Shown: positions 47,943-62,006 of the stretch, piece after piece
How the letters are laid out: each line of letters opens with the position of its first letter
Position numbering within the stretch: the stretch's first letter is position 1
Source of the DNA: Octopus vulgaris
Lineage: Eukaryota
Reading direction: 5' to 3'
Length of the DNA: 64,000 nucleotides
Assembly: GCA_951406725.2 (NCBI GenBank)
Contig: OX597839.1
Coordinates: 35,774,001-35,838,000, forward strand
Position numbers and translations under genes: made by a program
Notes under the pieces: model-generated
Told to the model about the DNA's origin: nothing
What the model saw: only the letters and a program-made list of their open reading frames with translations
Databases searched by the model: none

Positions 47943-50900
47943 GTAAGTCCATTATTTTACAACGTTATCCATATTTCTTTTAAACAGCTGATAATTTGTC
48001 TCCCACCTCCCCTCCCACCACTGTTTTCTTTACAATTATTTCGGCGTGATGACACAATCGTTGGAGTGTCGGATGATACCTTGCGGTATTTCTTCCTATG
48101 TTTTATGTTGTCCAGTGTTCAGAATTCCACCGAGGCCTACATTGCCCTTTCATCCCTCCCGGGTCGATTTGAAATAAAGTACCAGTCAAGTGCCGGAGTC
48201 GGTGGTAGAGAATAATTATCGCCATCCTTTTAAAAATTGTTGGTTTTGTACTTGAATTAGAAACCATTAATTAATTTCAAGACAAAGATGACTCTCCCAC
48301 CCCGCCCGTCAGAATTTGAACTTAGAATCTAAAAGACCAGAAGAAAATACCGCAAAAGCTCTCACGATTCTGCCAGCTGACTGCCTTCTTTCAGAAATGA
48401 AAACACCCACACATACACACACCTTTATAAAGTATCTGATGTAATCGGCGTGATTTCGGTGAAATCGCTCTTTGCACGCCGTCAAATGTTATTTTAAAAG
48501 ATTGTTTATATTTTCTCCGAGTGTTTTCCGACGAATCGATGTCAGCAGATCTTTCGATCTGTATATACATGAGGGACTGCAAAGCGCAACAGACTGAAGG
48601 TAGTGAATTAAGGGGAAATAAAATCGTGTATATATTATACATTGTATCAATTGTTAACAATCGACAATGAAGACTAACAGCAATCTTCGGTTAAAGTTAT
48701 CGGAAATGTACGTAGACGGCGACCTTCTGTTCAACACGGAAGAGACCACATAGACCACAAGCTTCGGTCGATTTACAATTAAACCATTGTTTTACGTAAA
48801 TGATTAGCTACAAAGATTAATTAAATTGAGTTAATTACGGGGACAGGTGTGTGTTTGTGGTAAGAAGTCTGTTTCCCAACAACATAGCTTCGGGTCTAGG
48901 CCTTCTATATGGCACCTTAGCCTCGGACCGATCAAAGCCTTGTAAGTGGTTCTGGTAAACGGAAACTGGAAGAAGCCCGTCGTGCGTGTTTGTGTGTGTG
49001 TGTATCTCATTACTGCTTGATGTAGTGTATCGGTGTTGGTGTATTTATATCCCCGTTACCAAGCGGTTCGGCAAAAGATAGTGATATAAAAAGTATTCGG
49101 CTTAAAAATAGGTATTGGGTTCGATTCGGTCGACTGAAGTTCTTCAAGGCAGTGCCCCAACAGGGTCACAGCCTAATGACTGAAACAAATAAAAGATGAG
49201 CGATACCGTTTTATGGTGTATTTTATGCACATAAAACAACACATCTTAGAATTTTTGTAGACGTTCTTGGATTCCGTATGTTGTGTAAAATAACATTCTA
49301 TAAACCAATGAGGGAATCTGTGATTAGTAAGACTAATCAAACCGATTCCATTATCTTTCTATGATATATTTTTATTAACAATAAAGCATTCATCATCATC
49401 ATTTAACGTCCGTTTTCCATACTGGCATGGGTTGAACGGTTTGACAGGAGCTGGCAAGCCAGAGGGCTGCGCCAAGTTCCAGTCGTCTGTTGTAGCCTGG
49501 TTTCTATGGTTGGATGCCCTTCCTAACGCCAACCACATTACAGTGTGTACTGTGTTCTGTTCATGTGGTGCCAGCACACATGCTTCTTACGTGGCACTGA
49601 TACGGGTGTTACTTATATGATGCCGACCCCAGCATGGGTACTTTATACATGGAATCGGCACGGGGGGGGGGCTTCTTACATGGCATTATTATTTGTATTG
49701 TATAACGGGAAGCTGGCGGAATCGTTAGCATGTTGGGCAAAATGCTTAGTGGCATTTTATTCATCTTTATGTTCTGAGTTCAAATGCCGCCGAGGTCGAC
49801 TTTGCTTTTCATCCTTTCGGGGTCGATGTAATCAACTCCCCCCCCACACACACACACACACTCAAAATCACTGGCCTTGTGCCAAAATTTGAAACCATTG
49901 TTATTATTATTTCTCTACTTTTTTTCCAGCTGATGAAGAATTTGCAGATCTTTGTTTCGACTTTGGACTTGAACTGGATGAAGTGGTGAGTAATGTGTTG
50001 TACCTGTATATATTCAAAGTCTACGTCAGGCCTTTACCTGTGTGGTTAAGAAGCTCACTTTGCAATCCAAGTAGTTTAGGGTTCAGTCTCACTGCACAGC
50101 ACCTTGGGCAAGTGTTTTCTGCTATAAATCCCAGGCTAACTGATACCTTCAGTATGAATCTGGTAGATGGAAACTGTGTGGAAGCTCATACTCTTTTACT
50201 CTCTTTTACTTGTTTCAGTCATTTGACTGTGGCTATGCTGGAGCACCGCCTTTAGTCGATCAAATCGACACCGGGACTTATTTTTGTAAACCCAGTACTT
50301 ATTCTATCAGTCTCTTTTTGCCGAACCGCTAAGTTACGGGGACGTAAACACACCACCATCGGTTGTCAAGTGATGGTGGAGGGGGGACAAACACAGACAC
50401 ACAAACATATACACACACATACATATATACGACAGGCTTCTTTCAGTTTCTGTCTACCAAATCCACTCACAAGGCATTGGTCGGCCCGAGGCTATAGCAG
50501 AAGACACTTGCCCAAGATGCCACGCAGTGGGACTGAACCCGGAACCATGTGGTTGGTAAGCAAGCTACTTACCACACAGCCACTCCTGCGCCTATGGACA
50601 TAAATAGACCAACACTGTTTGTCAAATCGTGGTGGAGACCAAACACAAAGACATGCGCATGTGTGTGTTTGTGTTTGGTCCCCTACCACCACTTAACAAC
50701 CAGTGTTGGTTTGTTTACATCTCCATAACTTAGCACTTCGGCAAAAGAGACCGATACAGTAAGTACTTTGTGAATAAGTACTGGAGTGGATTTGTTTTTT
50801 TGACTAAACCCTTCAAGGTGATACCCCAGCATGGCCACAGTCCAATGACTGATACAAGAAAAATGATAAATACTGAATAAAATCTCATGTAATGAATAAT

Positions 50901-53900
50901 TTATTGTGAAGGCACGTGGCTTAGTGGTTAGGGTATTCATAAGGCTATGAGTTCAATTCCCAGTGGTGCACTATGTCCTTGAGCAAGACACTTTATTACA
51001 CATTGCTTCACTCCACTCAGCTGGCAAAAATGAGTTGTATCTGTATTTCAAAGGGCTGGCCTTGTCGCATTTTTTTGTGATGCTAAATCATCATCATTTA
51101 ACATCTGTTTTCCATCGTGACACGGGTCTCCCCGAGGACTATGTTATGGGTATGCATGTCTGTGGAGTACTCAGCCACTTGTATATTAGTTTCATGAACA
51201 GGCTGTTCTGTTGAGTGGATCAACTGGAACTCTTGTCATCATTACCGACAAAATGCCAGCAAATCCTTTGTCCCAGTCAACCATAGAAGTAAAGACATCT
51301 AAATATAAACTGCCATACCAGCTTATCATTCGTTTATGCTTGATCAGTAAATCTAATCTAATTAATGATAATTATCTCAAATATCCTAAATCTATAAGCA
51401 TAACCCCTTAGTTATCCCATGTCTTTTGTTTGGCCTTTTTTGCCAACTTTTTTATAAGTTTCCATTTCTAATAATAGACATCCGAGAAGGCTATGGTGGC
51501 TAAAGAGCAAGGAGATACGCAGGTGACCAGTGATTTATCTGAAGAGATTGTTTATAAAATAGACATTCCAGCGAACAGGTAGGTTTGCGTTTGACAAGCT
51601 AAGTTCTTCATATCAAGCCTTGCTTCTATTTATTTCATCTTCTGTTTCTTTTCTCTTCTTTTTGTTTGTTCTTCTGCCTAGTGTTTGCATATCTTGGTTG
51701 TTGTGATGGAATCACGGATTTTTGTCAGTGAACAGGTCGCAGTCTTAAAGCGACGAAAATATTTTGACAAATTAAACTTAAATGTTGAAGTTAATCGAAC
51801 GGCTTTTGTGTGTTTCTTAAATGGCTTACAAACACCTTCCACGCTGTGATGGAATCGTTGTTGTTCTTTACTTTTCTGGTCCTGTTACCAGCTGTTTTAA
51901 GAATTTGATAGTCTGGGATAAACTGCATCATCATCATCATCATGCTGGTATTGATTGGATAGTTCAACAGGATCCAATGGTTTTGAGGTGTGTGTTGAGC
52001 TCCAGTGTCAACTTTGACCCTCGTTTCTACACCTGGATGCCCTTCCTAACACCAGCCTCTTTACATCATGAACTGGATGCTTTATTTCACAACACCATCA
52101 CTAGTGAGATTGCAAAGTAACTCACAAGACAAAAATAAAGGCCTCTCGACTGAGTGAGGGTGTATTAGAGGGGAGCGAAATAGCTAAAGTATGAATAAAG
52201 GGACAGGCACAGGTATCCTGCTATAGAGCAGATATGTGGCTACCCCAAATTATATAAGGGTAGGTGAATGGATCCAGTGGAATCATTCAAGATACAGAAG
52301 ATAAAAAAATGCTTTGCAGTATTTGTTCTGGCTCTGTATGTTCTGAGTTCAAATCCTGATGAGGTCAGTTTTGCATTTCAGGCTTTCAGGGTTGATAGAA
52401 TAAAGTACCATTGAGGTACTGGGATTGTTAGTATCAACTCAACCCGTCTGCTTGAAGTTGCTGACCTCCTCACTAAATTGGTAACAATTCTTTGTTTGAC
52501 CCTTTAGTATTCAGATATATTGTCAAATGTCATCCTTATTTATTCACATTGTTTTGAATTAATCATGGATTATCTTGTAGCTTCAAGATTTCAATGGCTT
52601 GTTTGTATATTTTCATAATGACATTGTAGGGTAGATGTGAGAGGCTGGATCTGGCCAGTCTGAGCATACAATAGGTAGAGTATTAGGGCTGGATATGGCC
52701 AGTTTAAATTTATCATTCATTATCTCATAACTTCAAGATTTTGATATTGTGATTATGTATTTTTAGGATGACATTGTAGGGTAGGTGTGAGAGGCCAGAA
52801 CTGTCTGGTCTGAACATATAACATGTAGGATATTTGGGCCAAAGGCGGTGAACTGGCAGAACTGTTAGCACGCCGGGCGAAATGCGTAGACGTATTTCGT
52901 CTGCCGTTACGTTCTGAGTTCAAATTCTGCCGAGGTCGACTTTGCCTTTCATCCTTTCAGAGTTGATAAAATAAGTACCAGTTACGCACTGGGGTCGATG
53001 TATTCGACTTAATCCGTTTGTCTGTCCTTATTTGTCCCCTCTGTGTTTAGCCCCTTGTGGCTAGTAAATAAATATATATTTGGGCCAAATATGGTTGGTT
53101 TAAATGTTAGCGGGTTCAAAGAACGGCCTTTGAAAGAATGTTATAAAAGCATTAAGAAAAAAAAACCCTACTGGTTTCTATTTATGTTCTGCTACAAGTT
53201 TAAATTTTACTTCCTCAACAGGTATGATCTGCTGTGTGTTGAAGGACTTGTCCGAGGGCTACTCATCTTTCTTGAGAAGTAAGTTGATTCTTTCGTTTAC
53301 GTTTTCCCTAATTAGTTTCGTTATTATCTGTAACAGTAATACTTCTAATTAATATCTCCCTTCATCAACAACCTGTACGATTCAGTGGCACTTGATTTAG
53401 TCAAGCAAATCAAACACAGTGCATATTTTTAAACATGGCACTCATCCTATTGGTCTATTTTGCTGAATCGCTAAGTTACAGGGATGTAAACAAACCAATA
53501 CCAGATATTGAGTGGTGGTGGGAGACAAACAGATAGACACACATGCGTATATACACGAGCCTATGCATACACTCACACACACACACACGCACATGTATAT
53601 GATGGACTTCCACAGTTTCCATCTATCAAATTCATTCCCAAGATATTGGTTAACCCAGGGCTATAGTATCGCCCAAGGTGCTGTGCAATGGGCCTTATCT
53701 TCAAACCACATGGTTGCAAACGAAAGTTCTTAATCACATGGCCATACTTTCACCTGAATGTCATTAATCTGTAGCAACATACTCAAAAGAAATCTCTCGT
53801 ATTGTTTCCTGTTTCTATGATATGGGGAAAATCCATTTCCTGCTGGTTGCCGAGTTTCAGAATCTGCATCCATTGTGTCTTTGTTGATGTCCTTTCAGAA

Positions 53901-56900
53901 TAGATATTCCTGTTTATCAAAAGGTGGAGCCTGAAACACCACAGAGGTTGCATATTAAACCTTCGGTGAGTATTTCTTTGATTTTGGTCAGTTAAAGTTG
54001 TAACAGAATTGGATTTTATTATTTTTTTTGTATTTAACCCTTTAGTGTTCGCATTATTCTGCCAAAATTAATCCTTTTTTATCCACATTGCTTTGAACTA
54101 ATCATGCATTATCTTGTAGCTATGAGATTATGATGGGGTAGCTGTTAATTTTTAAGACGATATTGTAGGGTTGGTGTGAGAGACCAGATCTGGCCAGTTT
54201 GAACATAAAACAGGCAGAATACTTCTGGCCGGATATGGCCGGTTTAAATGCTAAAGGGTTAAAAAGAAATTTTTTATGGTTTAATCTGTGAAAATGTTGC
54301 GGGATTAGTCACACCTAACAGTTAATCTTCTAAATTAGAATCAGCATCTATTAGCAATGCAGTGCATTCTTATGTTCTTGTTGGGGAGGCATAGGCATGG
54401 CTGTGTGGTTAAGAAGTTTTCTTCCTAACCACATGGTTTCTGGTTCAGTCCCATTGCAATGCACCTTGGGCAATTAACTTTTACCATAGACCCAGGCCAA
54501 CTAAAGTGAGTTTGATTGGCAGTGTGTGTGTGTGTATGTCTCCTTGTCTAGATATTGCATGGCAGTTGTAAATGAGTGTCACTGTCATACAAGCAGTGTT
54601 GTTTATATTCTGCAAAAATATGCCTGGCCATGGGGAAATGTTACCTTGCTTGGAAACAAACAGGTGAAGGTTGGCATCAGAAAGGTAACCTGATCATAGA
54701 AGATTTGTCTCAAACTGTAGGCGTAGGAATGGCTGTGTGGTAAGAAGCTTGCTTACCAACCACATGGTTTCGGGTTCAGTCCTACTGTGTGGCACCTTGG
54801 GCAAGTGTCTTCTACTATAGCCTCAGGCCGACCAATGCCTTGTGAGTGGATTTGGTAGACGGAAACTGAAAGAAACCCATCATGTGTATCTATATATATA
54901 TGTATGTTTGTGTGTCTGTGTTTGTTCCCCCAACATCGCTTGACAACCGATGCTGGTATGTTTATGTCCCCGTAACTTAGCGTTTTGGCAAAAGAGACCA
55001 ATAGAATAAGTCCTGGGGTCAATTTGCTTGACTAAAGGCAGTGCTCCAGCATGGCCACAGTCAAATGACTGAAACAAGTAAAACTCCTTCTGATCCATGC
55101 AAGCATGGAAAAGTAAACATTAACACAATGATGATAATGCTTGTTTTGTAACCTAGAACTGAGATTGAATTAAAACTGTATTCTTATATGGTTCATTGCA
55201 TTTTCCTAAATGTCTTTTTTCGATCTTCTGTTTTTCTTGTTTGCGACCAGACAGCCGAGGTTCGTCCACATTGTGTTGCAGCTGTACTAAGGAACATCAC
55301 TTTCAATAAGGTTCAACTGTTTTCTATAATCTTATCACTTCTGTTCTTTTGTTTCCCTTTGTTAGTTTCATATCTCTATCAACATTCAGACGGACATTAA
55401 CCCTTTCAATACCAACCCGGCTGAAACTGCCTCTGGGTCTGTAGTACAAATGTCATGTTTACCTAAATTTTGAATTAAAATCTTCCACCAAACCTTAGTC
55501 ACAATTTATGTTCCTAACTCTAGCTTCATGATAACTAAGTTATTTTACAAAAGTCTTTGTTATATTTAAAATAATTGGAAGAAACACACAGCATCTCAAA
55601 ATAAATACGGTAACAAAAGGGTTAAAGGAAGACTTAAGCAAAATCATCAGTTTTCAATTAAACTTACATCTCATTAACTATTGACGATTCCATGCCTTTT
55701 ATGTGTATGTGTTTACGTGCATGTATATGTATGTATATATGTGTGTCTGTGCACACTCATGTATATGAGATTATATATATATTTAAAAAGTACTGGTGAT
55801 GGTGTTACATAAGGAGCACCCATTACACTCTGTTAAGTGGTTGGCATTATTTGGAAGGGCATCCAGCTATAGAAATGAGGCCAAAAACAGACTATGGAAT
55901 CTGTTATGGTCCCTGTCTTTGCCAGCTCCTGTCAAGCCATCCAACCCATGCCAGCTTGGAAAACAGACATTAAATGATGGTGATGATGATGATCCCATGA
56001 ATCGTTTGAAACTGCTAATAATTGGTCCATAGCAGTGTATGAATTAACCACGGCAAAGGAACAAAATTTCTTACCACTTACAACAGACATTCCCAGACTG
56101 GACCTGTTTATTTCTAACCAATTCAGTTGGACAATTGAGAGTTAAAATAGGAGTCCAAGCATGACTGTGTGGTTAAGAAATTCTCCATGCAATGACATAG
56201 TTCTGGGTTTCTGGGTTTTGTAGAGTGACCATAATGTCTTCATGAATGGCAAAATTCCTGTTAAAATTTTCTGCAAATTTGAAGAGAAAAGTTTATTTTG
56301 TGATTGCATTATATATGGACCATTTTGTGATGGTGTTGTATATATATATATATATATATTTTTCTGTTTTTACTCAGGCTCGCTACAATAGTTTCATTGA
56401 GTTGCAGGAGAAGCTACATCAAAATCTTTGCAGGTAAACATTTTACGTTGCATTCTTCTCTTTTTCTTTGTATTGTTTTATTTTTCCCCTCTGTAAGGGG
56501 CAGTGGATTATGGGTAGAATTGGTAGAGCATGTTATTTCAGCTCCTTGTACTCAAATCCCATTGAAGTTGGCTTTGTCTTCTATCCTCTTGGAGGTTAAA
56601 TAAAATAAAGTACCAGTCATGTACTGGGGTTTATGGCATTGACTAATTCCTTCTCAATATTGCTGACCTTGTGCCTAATTTAGAAACCGTTGTTTTTCAT
56701 ATTGTAAGGATGGGAGATTGGCAGAAACATTAACGTATCCTGGCATTTCTTCTGGTTCCTTACATTCTGGGTTCAAATCCCACTGTGGGCAGCTTTGCTT
56801 TTCATCCGTCCAGCACCAATAAAATATAGTACCAGTCACATATAGTGAGGTCAGTGTAATCAACTAAGTCCCCCTCCCCTCAACAATACATCATTTTAAC

Positions 56901-59900
56901 TCTTTAACCCTTTAATGTTCTGATTATTGAATCAAACATAATGCTTATTGATTCACATTGATTTGAATTAATCATGCATTATCTCATATCTTCAAGATCT
57001 TGATGGTGTAATTACTTAATGTAGAATAACATTGTAGGGTAAGTGTGAGGGCCTGGATCTGGTCAGTTTGAACATAAAACAGATTAAATATTTTGGCCGG
57101 ATATGGCCGGTTTAAATACTAAAGGGTTAAACTGGTTTTTGGAACATAAACTAACATGAAATTTTAGTGGAAGGTTTTAATTTAGATCACGTAAAAGCAT
57201 GAAATTTATTCCATAGAACACAGGGAGTGGTTTCATGTAATTTTCGTAACAAAAGGGTTTAATCTGCTTACCATTTTCTTTTTCAGAAAGCGTTCATTGG
57301 TTGCCATTGGAACGCATGATTTGGATACTCTTGAGGGACCATTCAGTTATGAGGCACTTCCACCTTCAGAGATTAAATTTCAGCCTCTCAATCAGTCGAG
57401 GAGTTTCACTGCCAGTGAACTGATGGAATTTTATGCTGTAAGTGTATACAGTTTTATGATGTGTGTTTGTGTGTATTTAGAGGGGTATGTGTTTGAGAGA
57501 AAAAAAATGTATATGAGATGGATGTTTCAATTATCATTTTCCTATGAATTTCTTCGTTTCCAAAATGGAATGGGTGAGCATGTTTTTAATCTTGAGAATG
57601 TGCATATTTTCCATGCTGTAAAACAGTTGCCATCAGGAAGGGCATCCAGTTGTAGAAACCATGCCAAAGCAGACAGTAGAGCCTGGTACACTCTTCTGAC
57701 TTGCCAGTTCCTTTAACCCTTTTGATACCAACCCAGCCAAAACTGCCTCTGGCTCTGTAGTACAAATGTCTTGTTTTCATAAGTTTTGAATTAAAATCTT
57801 CCACCAAACCTTAGTCACAATTTATGTTCCCAACACTAGCTTAATGATAACTAAGTTATTTAAAATTAATTGAATGAAACACAGAGCATCTCAAAATAAT
57901 TACGGTAACAAAAGGGTTAATGTCCATTTTCCATGCTAGTATGACGGTTTGACAGGTGTTGGCAAGGCTGGGAGCCGTACCAGGTTTCATTGTCTATGTT
58001 GGCATGGTTTCTACAGCTGGATGCCCCTCCTAGCACCAGTTATTTTACAGATTGTACTAGGCATGGATGTGTGGTTACGTTTGCTTTGCAACCATGTGAT
58101 TTGGGACTCAATTCCACTGTGGAAACACCTTGGGCAAATGTCTTTTAGTATGGCCTTGCAAGTAAATTTGCTTGACAGTGACTGAAGAAGCCCATCTTAT
58201 ATATATGTGCGTGTATAAGCAAAACATTCAAACACTAAGTTTTGAAATGAGATGTCACTATTGTTAATATCTTCTGTGGATAAAATTCTAAATTGATGGT
58301 ATCAACAGTAGTTACATAGGTGGTTTGCAGGCAAAAAGCATTATTTAGCTATAAATTACGAATCTGCACGAAGCGTAAGGATGCAGAGAAGCATCAATCT
58401 GCTAGAAATAAGAGCTAAAGTCTTAATTAAACCACCGTAAAGCATCAAGATAACAGAGAAATAACAGTAGGCGAGGAAATGGAAAGAATTAATACATGCA
58501 AAAACACAACTGTATATATATATATATGTGCATGTGTGTGTGTGTCTACATTTCTGCTTCTGTGAAAACATTCAGTCATAGTTGGTGAAGTTGCTGTCAG
58601 TGGGTCATCCATAGGATTTGAAGATGTATGGCGTATGTCTTTGAGATCTCTTTCTTGAAAAATATGAAAGGGTTGGTGACAGCGAGGGTATCCATCAGTA
58701 AAACAAAATCTTGTTAATATATTCTTCTAACTCAAAGCCAGCAAGTTGACAGAATCGTTAGCATGCCAGGCAAAATGCTTACTGGCATTTCATCTGTCTT
58801 TACGTTCTGAGTTCAAATTCCAGCGAGGTTGACTTTGCCTTTCATCCTTTCAGGGTTGATAAAATAAGTACCAGCTAAACACTGGGGTTAATGTAATTAA
58901 CTTATCCTATTTCCCCAAACTTGGTGGCCCCATGCCAAAATTTGTAAATAGGAGTGGCTGTGTGGTCAGTAGCTTACTTACCATCCACATGGTTCTGGGT
59001 TCAGTCCCACTGTGTGGCACCTTCGGCAAGTGTCTTCTACTATAGCCTCGGGCCAACCAAAGCTTTGTGAGTGGATTTGGTAGACAGAAACTGAAAGAAG
59101 CCCGTCATGTATATGTATATATATATATATGTATGTATGTGTGTTTGTCCCCCCAACATCACTTGACAACCGATGCTGGTGTGTTTACGTCCCCGTAACT
59201 TAGCAGTTTGGCAAAAGAGACCGATAGAATAAGTACTGGGCTTACAAAGAATAAGTCCTGTGGTTGACATGCTTGACTAAAGGTGCTGCTCCAGCATGGC
59301 CACAGTCAAATGACTGAAACAAGTAAAAGAGTAAAGAGTAACCCATGCTAGCTTGGAACAGAGGATGCAAAAGTGAAAGAACAAACCCATGTTTAATAAT
59401 CTGCGGAAATTACAATTGTATTAAAAATAATTCATCTCAGGTGTGGTTACTATTGTTTTATTAATTTTCAGACTGACAGCCACCTTCGCCATTACCTGCC
59501 AATCATTAGAGACAAGCCTGTGTATCCTGTGATATACGACAGTAACCGAGTCGTTCTGTCTCTTCCACCAATAATAAATGGTATGTTTATCTTGTTTGTA
59601 GTGGCTTTTGTTGTATCACCTCCGGTCTGTTCTGATTGAGTAACGTTATGATGTAGAGGGAGTTGGCCAAATGACTTAACATCATCACTGATTAATGTCA
59701 GTGTGGTTTCGTTTAAGTAATTGTAAACAGTGTTGATGTTTGTGATGATTGCTGGTGTTGTTGAACTGAGTCCTGTCTACCTGGTACTGTGTACCCATAC
59801 TAACTCACATTTTAGATTTTTAGATTCTCAGCAACTCACACCAAACACAGTCTCTAATTAACTACTACATTTGTCGGCACATCAGATGCACCGCTATTTG

Positions 59901-61058
59901 TCAAGTATACATTGTGGAAAAACCAATTTAGAATGTTTCAGCATATTACTATACTTAAAAAAACCCACCCACATAAAAAGCACCTAGTATACTCTGTAAA
60001 GTGGTTGGTGTTAAGAAGGGGATCCAGCTATAGAAAACAAACCAGAACAGACTATGGAACTGGTGCAGCCCTTGACTTTGCTAGCTCCTGTCAAAGCAGG
60101 AATATAAATGATGATGACGATTTTAACCCTTTAGTGTTTAAACCAGCTATATCAGGCCAAAATTGTCTTCCTGTTTTATGCTCAAACCAGCCAGCTCTGA
60201 CCTCTCAGACCTACCCTACAAAGTCATTCTAAAAATAAACAGAGACATCATCAAAATCTCAGAGTTACGAGATGCTGTACAATTAATTTAAAACAATGTG
60301 ATTAAACAGGCTTTACATTTGACAGAGTAATCTGAATGCTAATGGGTTAAAGTGGTTTTGTAGTGAAATACGTATGGTTCTGTATGTGTTAATACAATGC
60401 TGTGGCAGTATACAAGAATTAAAATGATTTCATCGATCTAAAAAATGTAAATCAACGAATGCGTGGACACATTCATGCACTCAAATGTGCATATGTATGC
60501 CCATGCATAGATGTGCATAAATAGGTATGTGTATGTATGAGTGTTTATATATATGAATATAAACATATATAGAGAGAGAGAGTGAGAAACGGGGAGATAT
60601 GCCTACAAAATAAGTATGTGTGTGTATAAATATATATGCATCTATATATATATATATATATATATATTTCCACAGCCAGCCCTATATTTAACTCGTCCTG
60701 TCGAAAGACGCTTGTCCTGACGTCCTGGTTTTGTTATCACTGTTTTTACGTATTCCGTATTCTTATTCGTGCTATCTTTATTGTTTTTACATATTTTTGA
60801 AATTTTTTTTTTCGAGTAACATCGTCCGTTTTCCGTCACTGTTTGTATACTTTCGAGGCTTTCTTCCAAGGAATCTAATGCGATTGGCTTAGATTTCCCT
60901 TGGTGGCTGCCCAGATCGGAGCAATTAATCAGCCGAAATTGCGAAGATGATCTGGTTCTTGACTGATGACTGAGAGCTTCTTAAGTCCCGTCTGTGTTTT
61001 TTTGTCGTCTTCTAAATGTTTCACGTTCTTGTCCCAGTTTGTGTATTTTTTTAACTTT

Positions 61059-61095
<37 letters not shown>

Positions 61096-61965
61096 GTGTG
61101 TGTGTGTGTGTGAGTATGTATATATATATATGTGTGTACACAAACATACATTATGTGGGTGATTCTTTCAACCTAGACGTTACAATTGTATCTGATTCTT
61201 TGAGTGCTTCAATTCTGTGTATGTACATATTTTCTCTAGATTGCTGACAATTATTTATCAATAGTTTTCCACGTTGTGTTGATGCACCATTTTCTACCAT
61301 TGATAAATCTGTCGGCATCTTAACCGACATGGGTCTGCTAGTTAGAACATAATAAAAGTATGTTTTATGTACCATCAGATATTCTAATTACAACATGATT
61401 ACCTAACCCATTTTCTTTCCTCATATTTCAGGTGACCATTCTAAAATCACTCTAGATACCAAAAATATATTTATTGAGTGTACAGCTACAGACTTAAACA
61501 AAGCCAAGGCTGTCCTGGATACCATGGTCACCATGTTTAGTCAATACTGTAGCAATCCTTTCCAGTGAGTACTCAATACCGATTCATTTGTCGCTAGAGC
61601 AGAGCTTCTCAGAGTGAGTTAGGGCTGCCCTCTGTGTGGGCTCTTATGATGGATGGGGTGGGCGGGGCTGGTATGCGCATCTGTGCAGTTTCTTTACAGT
61701 CTTTACTGTTTCCTATTCAAGTGTTTTTCATCTTCGCCGTTTACTTGTTTTGGTCATTTGACTGTGGCCATGCTGGAGCAGCACCCTGAATAGTTTTTTT
61801 TAAATCAAGCAAATCGACCTCAGTACTTTTCTGTTAAGCCTGGTACTTATTTCTAACAGTCTCTTTTACCAAACTGCAAAGTTACAGGGGTGTAATCAAA
61901 CCAACACTGGTTGTCAAACAGTGATAGGAGAGACACAAAGACACACACACACAAATATATATATA

Positions 61966-62006
<41 letters not shown>

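Noticed and set aside
60940-61000. CTGATGA in a TA-flanked repeat (related copy at about 45400-45550) as a possible hammerhead
   Set aside because: No stem II, GAAA or stem I, and the related copy lacks the motif
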